Positions 25,030 through 37,764 of a DNA stretch of 64,000 nt are shown here, piece after piece. Every line of letters starts with the position of its first letter. Within the stretch, counting starts at the first letter, position 1. The notes beneath the pieces were generated by a model. It was given only the letters and a program-made list of their open reading frames with translations. It made no database searches and was not told where the DNA came from. This stretch comes from Squalus acanthias (Eukaryota). Made by a program: the position numbers and the translations under genes. Where the stretch lies: assembly GCA_030390025.1 (NCBI GenBank), contig CM059432.1:59026001-59090000 (forward strand). Direction: 5' to 3'.

Positions 25030-25500
25030 TTCTCCTCAGGGTATTCCAGGAGGTTTCATCACATGACCTTCTGCCTCCAACAGTCACGCCCCCACGCTCC
25101 TGCCATTAGTCACCCAATGGTGTCCTGGCCAATATTTATCCCTCAACCAACATAACAAAAACAGATTATCTGGTCATTATCACATTGCTGTTTGTGGGAG
25201 CTTGCTGTGCGCAAATTGGCTGCCGCGTTTCCTACATTACAACCGTGACTCCACTTCAAAAGTACTTCATTGGCTGTAAAGCGCTTTGAGACGTCCGGTG
25301 GTCGTGAAAGGCGCTATATAAATGCAAGTCTTTCTTTAACAGGTCCTGGGGCGGGGGCACCGCCCCTTCCCTTGCCACTTGGAAAGTCAACAGATTCTTC
25401 CTTCTTGGATGATTCCTCAACTGTGTGTCAAACAGCCTTTTTTTCCCCATCTCCAATATTTTTAGAATAAATTAAAATGTTCAAAGAAAATGAAACCCGT
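25030..25500 (-). mobile_element. Diverged inverted copy of the hAT MITE, split by a SINE fragment
   Basis: cacatgaccttctgcctccaac.. and tttttccccatctccaatatttt.. are reverse complements of 25850-26070. Confidence 0.6.
25118..25337 (+). mobile_element. 3' half of DeuSINE-like SINE
   Basis: gtcctggccaatatttatccctcaacc...aaggcgctatataaatgcaagtctttc. Confidence 0.8.
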
Positions 25501-25727
25501 GTCTTCTCCTGCCCCCCCCCCCCCCCCCCCCCCACCCCCCTCCTTCCCAACACAGGTCATGCTGACACTCTCCTCCACCTCCCAGTTCATGCTGGCAGCG
25601 CTCTCCTCTACTCCCTCACAAACACTCTGGCTCATATGTAATGCTGCTGCATCTTCAAGGGATGAACCATTGCTGGCCACTGTCGGATGAGAATTCCTGA
25701 TCTTGTAAAGCTGTCCAAAGCTTGCAG

Positions 25728-26108
25728 TAGGGTTGCCTACCCTCCAGGATTGCCTTGGAGTCTCCAGGAATTAAAGACTACTCTCCAGCACACTGCTGCG
25801 AGCGACCCGGGAGAAAAATCATCGTGGCTTGCAAAAAAAAGTGTTTTTTAAAATTCTTTGAACACTTTTGTTTATTAGTTATAAAAAATATCGGACATGG
25901 GGAAAAAAGGTTATTGGCTAACAGTGAAGAATCATCCAATCGGGTAATGAAGAATCTATTCACTTTCTGATTGGAGTAGGAAGGTGGTCCACCATGAGGA
26001 TGGGCATGTCAGGTGACCAATGACGAGTGATGGGGACGGGGTGGTTGGAGGCAGGAGGTCATGTGATGAAACCTCCAGGAATATGTTCAACCAGAGTTGC
26101 CAACCCTA
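25728..26108. mobile_element. hAT-family MITE
   Basis: TIRs TAGGGTTGCC / GCCAACCCTA. Perfect 8-bp TSD GCTTGCAG at 25720-25727 and 26109-26116. Confidence 0.88.
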
Positions 26109-26704
26109 GCTTGCAGCAGAGTCCCATTCCTGCTGCAGTAGCAGGTAGCAACTGGGAGTGACAGTGATTTTATTTTGCAAATTTGGACAAGAGACCACTG
26201 ACTCCAAAAGGCTGACTCTCTTCATGCTTTGCATAGATGGGAATGTTACTTCACAATGATTGAAAAGAACTATCTTGTCAGCTATTTTAAAAGCTTATCT
26301 TTATTTGACAATGCTCCAGCTGATTTTATATTACAGCCAATGTCCATTCTTCCTGATGTGAGACCACCTCTAGCAGGTGATTTTTGATATGTAACTGGCT
26401 GAAAGCCTGTCTTCCTGTAGTTACCTTGGGATGCAGTTCAATTGCTTTAACCATAACTGAAGAACTTCAGTGACTCGAAGCAGCCACATCACTGCTTTTA
26501 AACATGTTTCTGTTTTTGACAAAATAAACTAGTTTGTCAAGGTTTTGGTTAGCTCAGATTTGCTACAGAATGTCAAAATTGTTGGAACCACAGCTTAAAT
26601 TCTGCAGGCACCCATACCACATGATGTCCACTTTTTGTTAGTTGGTTTGTTTAGGTTTGAAGATGAGGAATGATGAGATGTTTCAGCAGAAGAACACAGA
26701 ATCT

Positions 26705-26721
26705 TTTAATATCCATTTATT
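26705..26721 (-). terminator. Candidate KCNQ3 polyadenylation signals
   Basis: Minus-strand AATAAA (26721-26716) and ATTAAA (26710-26705), followed by GU-rich tctgtgttcttctg, at the end of a repeat-free stretch. Confidence 0.4.
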
Positions 26722-29382
26722 TATAACTGGTGCAATTGTAAAGAACGAACAGAAACACTAAGCTTAAATATAACTCTAAATAATACATATTGTAAAGAAA
26801 CAACCTTAAATCTCCAAAAAGGTTGGGCTGTTTGAGGATATACGTTACACGAACAATTCAAATCTGTTGATTAGAAATACAGTTAACAAAACATAGAAAC
26901 AGCACTGAAGGCCACTTGTATGAAAATCATGTTTCCTTTTTAATTTGAAACAACAAACTGGAATTCAACCATTTGTAATTATCAAGTAAAATGTCTCCTG
27001 GGCAAGGCACAAATACCTGTCGGCTACTCTCAGTCTCAGTATATTGACCTTTAATAGTTTGAAACATTATTACAAAACACAGTTAAAGAGTAGAACAAAG
27101 TGTTAGTGTTACAAAAGGTATGGCAGGCCCTTTCATCCTTTGTTAATTTTCTTAAAGAGACAACATCCTTTTATGTTGTTGGACTACCAAAAAAGATGTA
27201 AAAGTGAAATGTTTCAAATATGTGATATCCCTGGCATGTTCATCATTCAAAGATGCTGCTATATCCACTCTCAAAATAATTTGTATAGAACTTCTCCTTG
27301 CCAAAATAAAACCCTGAAAGATTTTGAATTTGCCTCACTGAATTGCGTTAATGCCACACAATGTTCAAGGATAATAGCTACAGGATATTTAATATCTTGC
27401 TAAATACTGTACAGTGATTCAGCAGTCTCCCACCTAGCTACATTCAGACTTGTAGATGGGTTACACTCTTAAAAGGGACTTCATGTTTCAAAGCACAATT
27501 ACAATGTCCAATGAGCCCCCCACGCTGGCTGAAAACATTGGGAACGTGTATCCAATTCCTTCTAAGAGAAATGAAAGTCATCATTCTCAGAATGTAATGG
27601 CTTTCTCAGCATTTACAGATATAATAGTGCTTTGGAGATCTGTAGCATTCACTGTTACATATGAACAATACCTACTATAACTATACAGCTATGAAGGGTT
27701 ATCGCTCAGTGCAGACTGGAACTTTTTGTTGGGATTATAATTAAATGTAACTGGCATAATTTACACTTTTTTTACTACTCATGTGGTGCAAACTTAAAAT
27801 TTTCTGTAACAATTTGCAATGACGCGTGAATACATTAATCAGCATGAACTACCCTTTACTTATTTTGGTAGCTACCTTTACTTGTGCAAGTTTCCTGGAA
27901 TCAGAGACCTGAATTTAAAAAAAACCTATTTATTTTGCAGAAAAGAAGATGGGTGGAGCAGTGTGGAGACTCTCTTACTGATGACAAGGGACCATGAGAC
28001 ATGAAGTAAACATATTCGCATAATACAATATTGTTGATTTAACCACAAATATTGCTCTACTGGACTACCTGTTTCATAAACCATCCAGTACAGTCCAATC
28101 CTCTTAATTTGAAGTCACTTAATTCAATCTACCTGATACCTCAATTATTTTTAGCACTAAATTCCTAATTTCCTGTATTTTGTAAAATTGCTTAATTTAA
28201 ATGATTGGATAATTCAAATATTTTAGCGCAAGAAACAACTGGAGTAGGGATACGCTGATAAATTGCCAGCTTGCACTCATACAATCAATTATGTTTTTGT
28301 TATATCTCTAAATCTATTTTAAATAACATGGCTTTGAAGATCTTGGGATGTGTTTGTGAAAGCCATAGATTCACACAGATATCACCTCACTGCTCTGCAG
28401 AACACAAGTATGTTACAAAATAAAAATAATTGTGGATATGCTATCTTTGTTGGAATTCCAGCAGTTATACTTTATGCTACTATTATACTTGTCAGTTAGT
28501 CCAAACAGTCCTGCAGGAGGCTTCCTGACATTACAGATCAATACACAGCATTCAAGATATGTCAAGGTAAGTGCACTTGAACAGGCGCAAAAGATTCTGA
28601 AAACATTTTTCAGAAAAAAAACGTAAACTATACACAGCTGGGAAGTGAATTGTGAAATTTGCACCATGTATGAGGTAGTACCATAATCCCCATCACTTGC
28701 TGGCTTATTTCCCTTACTCCACCAACCCCTTCATGTAGCTACTAAGCTATGCATTTGGGGATTTTTGCATTTCACAAAGAACATGATTTTGCTTGTTTTT
28801 TTCTCAATATACATGTGGGCAGGTTAGTCAATTTCATTTTGTATTTAAAATTCCATTTTTCAGAATGCATTTTTCAATGTTTCTATTTGCCAGCAAAATG
28901 GCAGTGTTAAAAAGTATAAAGGTAACTAGATAGATGATATGTGTAGCAAAAAACTATATGGCGTAACCCATCCAGTTAGAAAGGGACACTGTCTCTTTAA
29001 AAATTTACTTGCAGGTTGAAGCATTGTTAAAAAGAAATGTATCTAATAACTTTCTGCATAGATTCTAACCCACATATATTGTAGGGATTAAAATGGCTTC
29101 ATTACTGTACAATAACATAGAAGAAATGCAGCTTTGTTGTTAATATTGTTCAAAACCATGCACCAACATGCAAATCTTTACAATTTTTAAAATCTATTTA
29201 TGAAAAAAAATTGTTTTTAGAATATTGAAAATATTAACAGTTCTCTAGCACTACGTCCATGCATTACATGCAATTTTGTCAGTGAAACACATTGTAACAA
29301 TAAGCTCTGGCTATTTTGCATGGAGCAAGAAATGTGAACTTTTTATAGTGACTGTACATGTATGGGCCAACCAGTGACCCTG

Positions 29383-30129
29383 CTAAATTGGTTTATTTGA
29401 TGTAGGCCATATATTGTCAGGAAGTCCCTCCCCTGTAGATGATAGAGGCGCAGAACCACATGGTGTGTAAGGATCGGTATCTGTGTCTGTTTCACCCTCT
29501 GCTAAATAAAGTTTTGATTTTGGCCAACTTCCTTCCCCATAAAGGCCAAAAGTCAAGTCATCCTTTGATTGGGAGATGCTGAATCCACTGGGGGAACGCT
29601 CCAGTTCCTCATGGTTGACTGAAAGGAGAGAGATGGGAGTATCACTGTCTCTTGTGCTTCTCCCACGTCTCAGTGTTAATTTGTCAGAAAAAGGACTTGT
29701 TATCTCTCCTCCCTGATAGCTAGGGCATATGTTACCTTGTGTGTCTGTCAGTGAACTTATTGGCAGAACTGTTGGTCTTTCAGTATATGATGGAGCACGG
29801 GGTGGAGGAAATCTTGATAAATCAGCAGCTAAAGATGAAAACTTTGTACTTCCTGGACTCTGTCTGAAGAAACCAAAAGGACCAACAGAAGAAACTTGGA
29901 CTTGATAACAATTTTGAGGCGCCATGTAGGTGCAGGAATCAGAATAGTTTGAGATGACTCTTTTAATCTCAGAGTATTTGTCTTCCACCTTGTCCTCAAT
30001 TGGACTTTGCTGAACTGATGTCCCTGCCCCTCTCATTGAATAGTACCCAGGTGATGCAGACTGCTGAGTATTCATATGCTGGATGTGCATATCCACAAGG
30101 AAGTCAATCTTTTTCTCCATTCCTTCTAC
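29383..30129 (-). CDS. KCNQ3: KCNQ3 last coding exon (helix D end, distal C-terminus, ankyrin-G motif)
   Basis: Acceptor ctttcttAG|GTAGAAGGA. VEGMEKKIDFLVDMH..RDSDTPISLLSVNHEELERSPSGFSISQ..YLAEGETDTDTDPYTP..SNKPI*. The C-terminus is diagnostic of KCNQ3. Confidence 0.97.
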   Translation of the reverse strand, partial: VEGMEKKIDFLVDMHIQHMNTQQSASPGYYSMRGAGTSVQQSPIEDKVEDKYSEIKRVISNYSDSCTYMAPQNCYQVQVSSVGPFGFFRQSPGSTKFSSLAADLSRFPPPRAPSYTERPTVLPISSLTDTQGNICPSYQGGEITSPFSDKLTLRRGRSTRDSDTPISLLSVNHEELERSPSGFSISQSKDDLTFGLYGEGSWPKSKLYLAEGETDTDTDPYTPCGSAPLSSTGEGLPDNIWPTSNKPI

Positions 30130-33100
30130 CTAAGAAAGATCAGAGGAAATGTGATCAATTTAATGATTGCAGGCACCTTTACATAAAGTAGATGATGGGT
30201 GTCAGCAATATGATGAATATTTTTGGCATTTCTTCCTAGGTTTTGCTTTTCATTAACTTTATTTTCTAATAGATGGAGGCTTGCTAAAACACCTTATCCA
30301 AGGCCATGTACAAAATAAGAACATAAGAGTTAGGAGCAGGAGTAGGCCACACAGCCCCTCAAGTCCGGTCTGCCATTCAATAAGATCATAGCTGATCATC
30401 GACCTCAACTCCACTTTCCTGCCCAATCTCCATATCCCTTGATTCCCCTGGAGGCCAAAAATCTATCTATCTCAGCTTTGAATATACTCAATGATTCAGC
30501 ATCCACAGTCCTTTGGGTAGAGAATTCCAAAGATTCACAACCCTCTAAGTGAAGAAATTGCTCCTCACCTCAGACTTAAATGGCCGACCCCTTATCCTGA
30601 GTCTAAGCCCCCTAGTTCTAGACTCTCTGGCCAGGGGAAACAACCTCTCAGCATCTACCCTGTCAATCCCCCTCAGAAACTTTTATGTTTCAATGAGATC
30701 ACCTCTCATTCTTCGAAACTCCAGAGGGTATAGACCCAATTTACTCAACCTCTCCTCATAGAACAACCCTCTCATCCCAGGAATCAATCTAGTGAACCTT
30801 CATTGCACCACCTGTAAGGCATGTATATCCTCGTTAGATAATGAGACCAAAACTGTGCACAGTACTCCAGGTGTGGTCTCACCAAAGCCCTGTACAATTG
30901 TGGCAAGACTTCCTTACTCTTGTAGTCCTATCCCCTTCCAATAAAGACCAAAATGCCATTTGCCTTCCTAATTGCTTGCTGTACCTGCATGCTAACTCTG
31001 TGTTTCCTGTACGAGGACATATAAATCTCTCTGAACACCAACATTTAATAGTTTCTCACCATTTAAAAAATATTCTGTTTTTCTATTCTTCCTACCAAAG
31101 TGAATAACCTCACATTTCCCCACATTATACTCCATCTGCCACCTTATCGCCCACTCGCTTAACCTGTCTATATCCCTTTGCAGGCTCTTTGTGTTCTCCT
31201 CACAGTTTACTTTCCCACCTAGCTTTGTATCGTTAGCAAGCTTGGATACATTGCACTCAGTCCCTTCATCTAAGTCATTTATATAGATTGTATATAGCTG
31301 AGGCCCAAGCACTGAGCCTTGCGGCACCCCACTAGTTACAGCTTACCACCCGGAAAATGTCCCCTTTATTCCTACTCTCTGTTTTCTGTCCGTTAACCAA
31401 TCCTCTATCCATGCTAATATATTACCCCCAAACCCATGAGCCCTTATCTTGCGTAGCATCCTTTTATGTGGCACCTTATCAAATGCCTTTTGGAAATCCA
31501 AATATACTACATCCACTGGTTCCCCTTTATCTATCCTGCTAGTTACAGACTCAAAAAACCCTAATAACATTGTTAAACATGATTTCCCTTTCATAAAACC
31601 ATGTTGACTCTGCCTAATCATATTATGTTTTTCTAAGTGCCCTGTTACCACTTCCTTAATAATGGATTCCAGCATTTTCCTGATGACTGATGTCAGGGGA
31701 ACTGGCCTATATTTCCCTGCTTTCTCTCTCCTACCTTTCTTGAATAGCGGGGTTACATTTGCTATCTTCCAATCCGCTGGGACCATTCTAGAATCTAGGG
31801 AATTTTGGAAGATCACAACCAATGCTTCCACTGTCTCTGCAGTCACCTCTTTTAGAACCCTAGGATGTAGGCCATCAGATCCAGGGGATTTGTCAGCTTT
31901 TAGTCCCATTAGTTTCTCAAGTACTTTTTCTTTACTGATATTAATTACTTTAAGTTCCTCGCTCTCATTAGCTCCTTGGTTCCCCACTACTTTTGGTATG
32001 CTATTTGTGTCATCTACTGTGAAGACAGATACAAAATATTTGCTTAAAGTCTCTGCCATTTCCTTATTCCCCAGTATAATTTGTCCTGTCTCAGCCTCTA
32101 AGGGACCAGCGCTTACTTTTGCTACTCTCTTCCTTTTTACATACTTGTAAAAGCTCTTACAATCTTTTTTTATGTTTCTTGCTAGTTTACTCTCATATTC
32201 TATTTTCTCCCTTTTAATCAATTTTTTGGTTTGTAAAGCTTTCGCAATCCTCAGGCTTATTACTATTCTTCGCAAAATTATAAACCTCTTTTAATCTAAT
32301 ACTATCTTTAACTTCTTTAGTTAGCCATGGATGGATCACTTTTCCTATGGAGTTCTTATTTCTCAATAGAATGTATATTCGTTGAGAATTTTGGAATATT
32401 TCTTTTAATGTTTGCTACTGCTTATCTACCATCATACCTTTTAATCTAATTTCCCAATCTACCTTAGCCAGCTCAGCCCTCATACCTATGTACTTGGCTT
32501 TATTTAAGTTTAAGACTCTAGTTTTGGAATTAAGTATTTCACTCCCAAATCCAATGTGAAATTCTATCATATTATGGTCACTCTTCCCCAGAGGATCCTT
32601 TACTATGCGATTACTAATTAACACTGTCTCATTACACAATACCGGTTCTAAAATTGCCTGTTCCCTGGTTGGCTCCACGACGTATTGTTCTAGGAAACTG
32701 TCTTGAATAGATTCCATGAACAATGAACTAGTCCTCCAGACCATCTTTGCCAATTATATTTGCCCAGTCTATATGAAGATTAAAGTCCCCCATGGTTATT
32801 GCATTACCTTTGTTACACCCACCTATTATTTGTTGATTAATACTCTGTCTAACGGTATAGCTACTGTTAGGGGGCCTATAAACTACTCCCACCAGTGTTT
32901 TCTGCCCCTTGTTATTTCTTATCTCCATGCATACTGATTCTACTTCCTGATCTTCCGAGCTAAGGTCCTTTCTTACTACTGTCCTTATGTCATCCTTTAT
33001 TATCAGGGCTACCCCTTCCTTTTCCATTCTGCCTGTCTTTTCAAAACATCAAGTACCCTGGATTATTTAGTTCCCAACCTTGGTCACCTTGCAATCACGT

Positions 33101-34695
33101 CTCTGTAATGGCGATTAGATCAAAGTCATTTATCTCTATTTTTGCCACTAATTCATCTATCTTGTTATGAATGCTTTGTGCATTCAGATAAAGAGCCTTT
33201 AATTTTAACTTTTTACCATTATTCCCTGCTTTCACCTTATTTGCTGATGCACTATTACCGTTAAACTCTCTATCCCTTCCTGTCATACTCTGCTTATCTT
33301 TACCCAAATTGCTACACTGCTCCATTGCCTTGACTATTTTCTTTAGATTTCTAAATTTCCCCTCACCTGACCCCTCCCCCCACTTTTTATTTTAAAGTCC
33401 TATCTACAGCCCTAGTTATTGGATTCACCAGGACACTAGTCCCAGCTCGGTTTAAGTGGAGCCCATCTCAACGGAACAGGTTCCTCTTTCCCCAGTACTG
33501 GTGTCAGTGCCCCATGAATCAAAACTCCTTCCTCCCACACCACTCTTTGAGCTACGCATTTAACTGTCTGATCTGCTTGTCCCTATGCCAATATGCACGT
33601 GGCTCAAGTAACAATCCAGAGATCATCACATTTGAGGTTCTGCGCTTCAATTTGGACCCTAGCTCCTCAAACTCTCTCAGCAGAACCTCATTCCTAGTTC
33701 TACCTATGTCGTTGGTTCCTACGTGGACCACGACAACTGGATCCTCCCCCTCCCACTCCAAATTCTTCTCCAGCCACGAGGAGATATCCTTAGCCCTGGC
33801 ACCAGACATGCAACACAATCTTCGGAACTCCTAGTCGTAGCTGCAGAGAACAGTATCTGTCCCCCTGACTGTACTGTCCCCTACCACTACAACATTCCCT
33901 TTCATGCCCCCCACTTGAATGGCCATGGTCAGTTTGCTTGTCAACCCTGTAGAATTTGCCCTCATCCACACAGGCAGCAAGAACCTCATACCTGTTGGAT
34001 AAGGGGAAAGGCTGAGGCTCCTCCAGCACAAAACCTGTGGTCCCCTTACCTGCCTGAGTTGCAGATACACCCTCCTATCGCTAACCACTAACCTGACCTG
34101 TATCACTACTTAACCTAAGGGGTGTGACTGCCTCCTGGATCCAAGTGTCCAGGTAACTCTCCCCCTCCCTGATGCCCCGCAATGTCTGCACCTCAGACTG
34201 CAGCTTAACAACTCTGAGCTGAAGTTCCTCAAGATGCAGACGTGGTCGTCTGGGATTGCAATGCTCTCCACATACTGCAGTTGTGGCACTCCACCTGCAT
34301 TGCCATCCCTATATAACCTTGTTTTATTTATTTAATTAATTAGAGTTTATGGGCTAGAAATTCATTATAGCCCAGGAATGGGTGGTATCATTAGAAAAGT
34401 TGGAGAATTAGCGCCAGGCACTAATGCTTTAGACTGCACACAAAATTCGTGCTCACTGCTCAAAGAAATGATTGGAGCGCTAATTCAAGTCTTTAAGCCC
34501 AAGCTCATTGGTGTGGACCAATATCAGGTGCAGTCTAATTGCAAGTCATGATTGCCATGGGCTTTTTTCAGTTCTCAAAGGGGAGGTTCATTGATGCTGC
34601 AAAATCTCATTTTCGGCATTGCTGGCTATGCAGCTGCCTCAGCAAGCAGCATCAGGTCAAGGAGAAGGAGCCAGAGGACTGCAGCAGCTGTACTC

Positions 34696-36521
34696 ATGGC
34701 AGATCCATGCCCCAGGGAGAGAGCCCGCAGATTCTGTGATCAAGCATTGGAGGCGTTGGTGTTCGCTGTGGAGAGACGGAGGGCGGTGCTCTACCCATCA
34801 AGTGGCAGGAGGCCCTCGCCGCAAGTCTTCCGCACCATGTGGAGGGAGGTAGCGCAGCACGTCTCGGGCAGCACTGTGGTCCGCAGGACCCACACACAGT
34901 GCAGGAAGAAATTTAACGACCTCACTCGGGTGGTCAGGGTAAATGAGTGCTTCAACAAATGCTGCATACCACCGTCTGAACCACAGTCTTCAGACACTGC
35001 CCAAAACACCACTCCTCCAGCACTCACCCACCAACAATCTCTACCGACCAACACTCACACCCACAATCGCACACCTTGCACACAATAAGAGCTATTCAAC
35101 TATGGCAGGCACATCACCCAAACACATTGCTCCACACTCACTCACACACTTTCCTTTCTCTTGCAGGCCAAGGTGGCTCACAACAGGAGGGAGCAGGAGT
35201 GCACAAGCAGGGGACAAGCCGACACCCAACCACTGTCTGTGCTGGAAAATAGAGTGCTGCAGATTATTGGGCGCGTGGCTACCAGCGACGTTGAACCCCC
35301 TAGGGACAACAACGGTATATTCATCCCTACTCCTTCTTCTCACATCCCACTTCCCCCTCACCCCACAAGCATTTCGCACTTTCCAGCTAATCATGTTGTA
35401 TCCCTTCCTGCCCCCCTCCCCTCACCTTAACCCAACTTTTGTGCCTTTATGCTTTCAGATAATGAGCAAGCACCTGAGCAGCCTGTCCCTGAGGGCACCG
35501 TAGAGAGCGAGGCGGGAGAAGAGGAAGAGTACACCGCGTCACTGCTTGACTCACCCATAGGCACCAGCTCAGAAACTGGCACTACGCGTTCTTTAGAGGC
35601 TAGTATAGTAGCGGGATCTGCACAGGGTGAGGCCCCGGGGACGAGTGGGCTGCAGCAAGGCCGGGGGAGAGGGTAGCTCGGGGGCCAGCTCCCCGGAGGG
35701 TGAGTTCGCACGCGAGTTCTGTTGCACAGGACTCAGATGAGGACCTCGATGGGGAGGCCTTTAGAAGAGTGATGGGCATGCACACAGAGATGATAGGTGC
35801 AATGGCAAGGGTGCCTGAGTGCCTCTCGGCAATGGTAAGGAGCGTGGAGGAGTCCGCTGCCAACATTGTACAGAGCTCTGCGCACACCATGGAGCCCATA
35901 ATTTGCAGTCTGCATGGCGACCCAGACCTCATGCCGTGTGTGATGGGCGATGTCGCAGCTTCCATTGCAGCACAGGTGGAAGCTATGCAACGTCTTAGTG
36001 CTGTAATGCAGTCTATGCTTGGTGCTATCAATTTTCAGACTTCTCTCATGTAGTCTCAGCTTGATGCCATGTAAGCTCTGACTGCTGCCATCATAGCTGG
36101 GTCTACCACCGTCGACCGGGGCTTTCACGGTTTCACAGCAGGCCAGCAATTTTTGCTCCAACAGATTGCTAGGGATGCTGAGGTGCAGCCCCAGGGGAAT
36201 GGCAGTGGGTCAGTGGAGCAGGAACCTGCTGTCCTCTCTTGGGATGACAGCATTCCTGCTCCCACTCCGCCATTGCGCTTGACGCTGCCTGTCATCCAGC
36301 CAGCCCAGACTGCTGCCGCCTATGCTGAGGTGGTGCAGTCTAGAGCCTGGCCTTCCAGGCCCAGAGCTGGTCGAGGGCATCCTGCCAACTAAAGTCGCAC
36401 GGATACTCAGCAGCCTTCCACCAACCCTGCTGTAGCCACTGGGCCAACACTTCGTAGGAGCACTAGAGTAGGCAAAGGCAGAGTAACGACAGGTACTAAG
36501 GGATTGCACAAGAGTGAATAG
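34696..36521 (+). pseudogene. Harbinger Myb/SANT DNA-binding protein, 3 exons (34696-34938, 35167-35314, 35459-36521)
   Basis: RARRFCDQALEALV..W REVA..RTHTQCRKKFNDL. GT-AG introns keep frame. Frameshift and stops in exon 3. Ends GLHKSE*, like GMHKGD* at 41504. Confidence 0.85.
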
Positions 36522-36686
36522 TTAATATTTTTGTTGTAAATATGTGGTCACTGATTTTTGATAAATTTATTAATTCAGTTTGGATTCTTTTGTGGTGTGT
36601 CTCATTTCAGCTTTGCGCTGTGGTATGGCCTGCGACAGGGATGGAATGGTGGGAATGTGGTGAGCAACAGGGATCTGGGGTTTAAT

Positions 36687-37764
36687 TCATTCGAACCGCA
36701 GTCACGGACCGCCCTTCTGGAAAGCCGATTGAGTGGCTGCCTCCTCCCTTGCTCCTGTTCCTCCTCCTCCTCATCCTCCTACTCCTGAGGCGGTCCCGCA
36801 ATCCCTGGTGGCCAAGTTGTGGAGTATGCAGCAGACCACCACGAAATGGGACAACACTCAGCCAAGTACTGGAGGGCTCCTCCCGAGCGGTCAAGGCAGC
36901 GGAAGCGTTGCTTCAGCAGGCCGATGGTCTGCTTGATGATGTTCCTGGTGGCAGCATAGCTCTCATAATATGAGTGCTGGGGTTGCGGAGGGGAGTCATG
37001 AGCCAGGTGCAGAGCAGATAGCTCTTGTCTGTGACCAGCCAGCCGCGAGCTTGACGTGGTGGCTGGAAGAGTGCTGGCATACCGGTTTGGCGCAGGATGA
37101 AGGCATTGTGGCTGCTGCCAGGATAGTGGGCATCACATTGAGGATTAGCTGTCTGTGGTCACACACCAACTGCACATTAAGTGAATGGTAGCCTTTGCGG
37201 TTACAGAAGATCTCAGGATTGTTATGCAGTGCCTGCAAAGCCACGTGGGTGCACTCAATAGTGCCCTGCACCATCGGGAATCCAGCTATCCTGGCAAAGC
37301 CACATGCATGCTTGCCCTGTTTCTCTCTGGTGATGGGGAAGGAAATGTAGACCCTTCTCCTACTGTAGAGAGCCTCCGTGACCTCCCGGATGCAGTGATG
37401 GGCGGCGAACTGCGAGATGTTAGCTACGTCTCCTGTTGCAGACTGGAAGGATCCGCTGACGAAGAAATTGAGGGCGATGGTGAACTTGACTTCCACTGAG
37501 AGAGCCGTGATCACCCTGATCTGAGGCTGGAGGTCTGGTTGCAGGAGGTGGCAGAGTTCTGTGACCATCTCCTTGGTGAAGCGGAGCCTTCTAATACACT
37601 GCTCCTCGCTTAATTGGAGGTAGAAGTGCTCTCAGAATACCCTCAGAGGGTAAGGCCTCCTGTTGAGAGCCCTGATGGCCATCCTCCTACCTCTGGCCAT
37701 ATGGTCCTGTCTTTCTCGCTGCCTCCCCTCCCTCCGCTGTAGATTCTGGAGGACGCGCGCCCAT
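36687..37764 (-). pseudogene. Harbinger (HARBI1-like) DDE transposase, inactivated
   Basis: LSEEQCIRRLRF, ALNFFVSGSFQ, GFPMVQGTIECTHV, NRKGYHSLNVQLVCD, YPGSSHNAF, VTDKSY, TRNIIKQTIGLLKQRFRCL. Frameshifts present. Confidence 0.9.

Noticed and set aside
29383..30129. Assignment to KCNQ2 or KCNQ5
   Set aside because: The terminal SNKPI*, GETDTDTDP and KLFTPLN motifs match KCNQ3.
36687..37764. Domesticated HARBI1 host gene
   Set aside because: Frameshifts, altered catalytic residues, TIRs, TSD and a paired Myb gene show a dead transposon.
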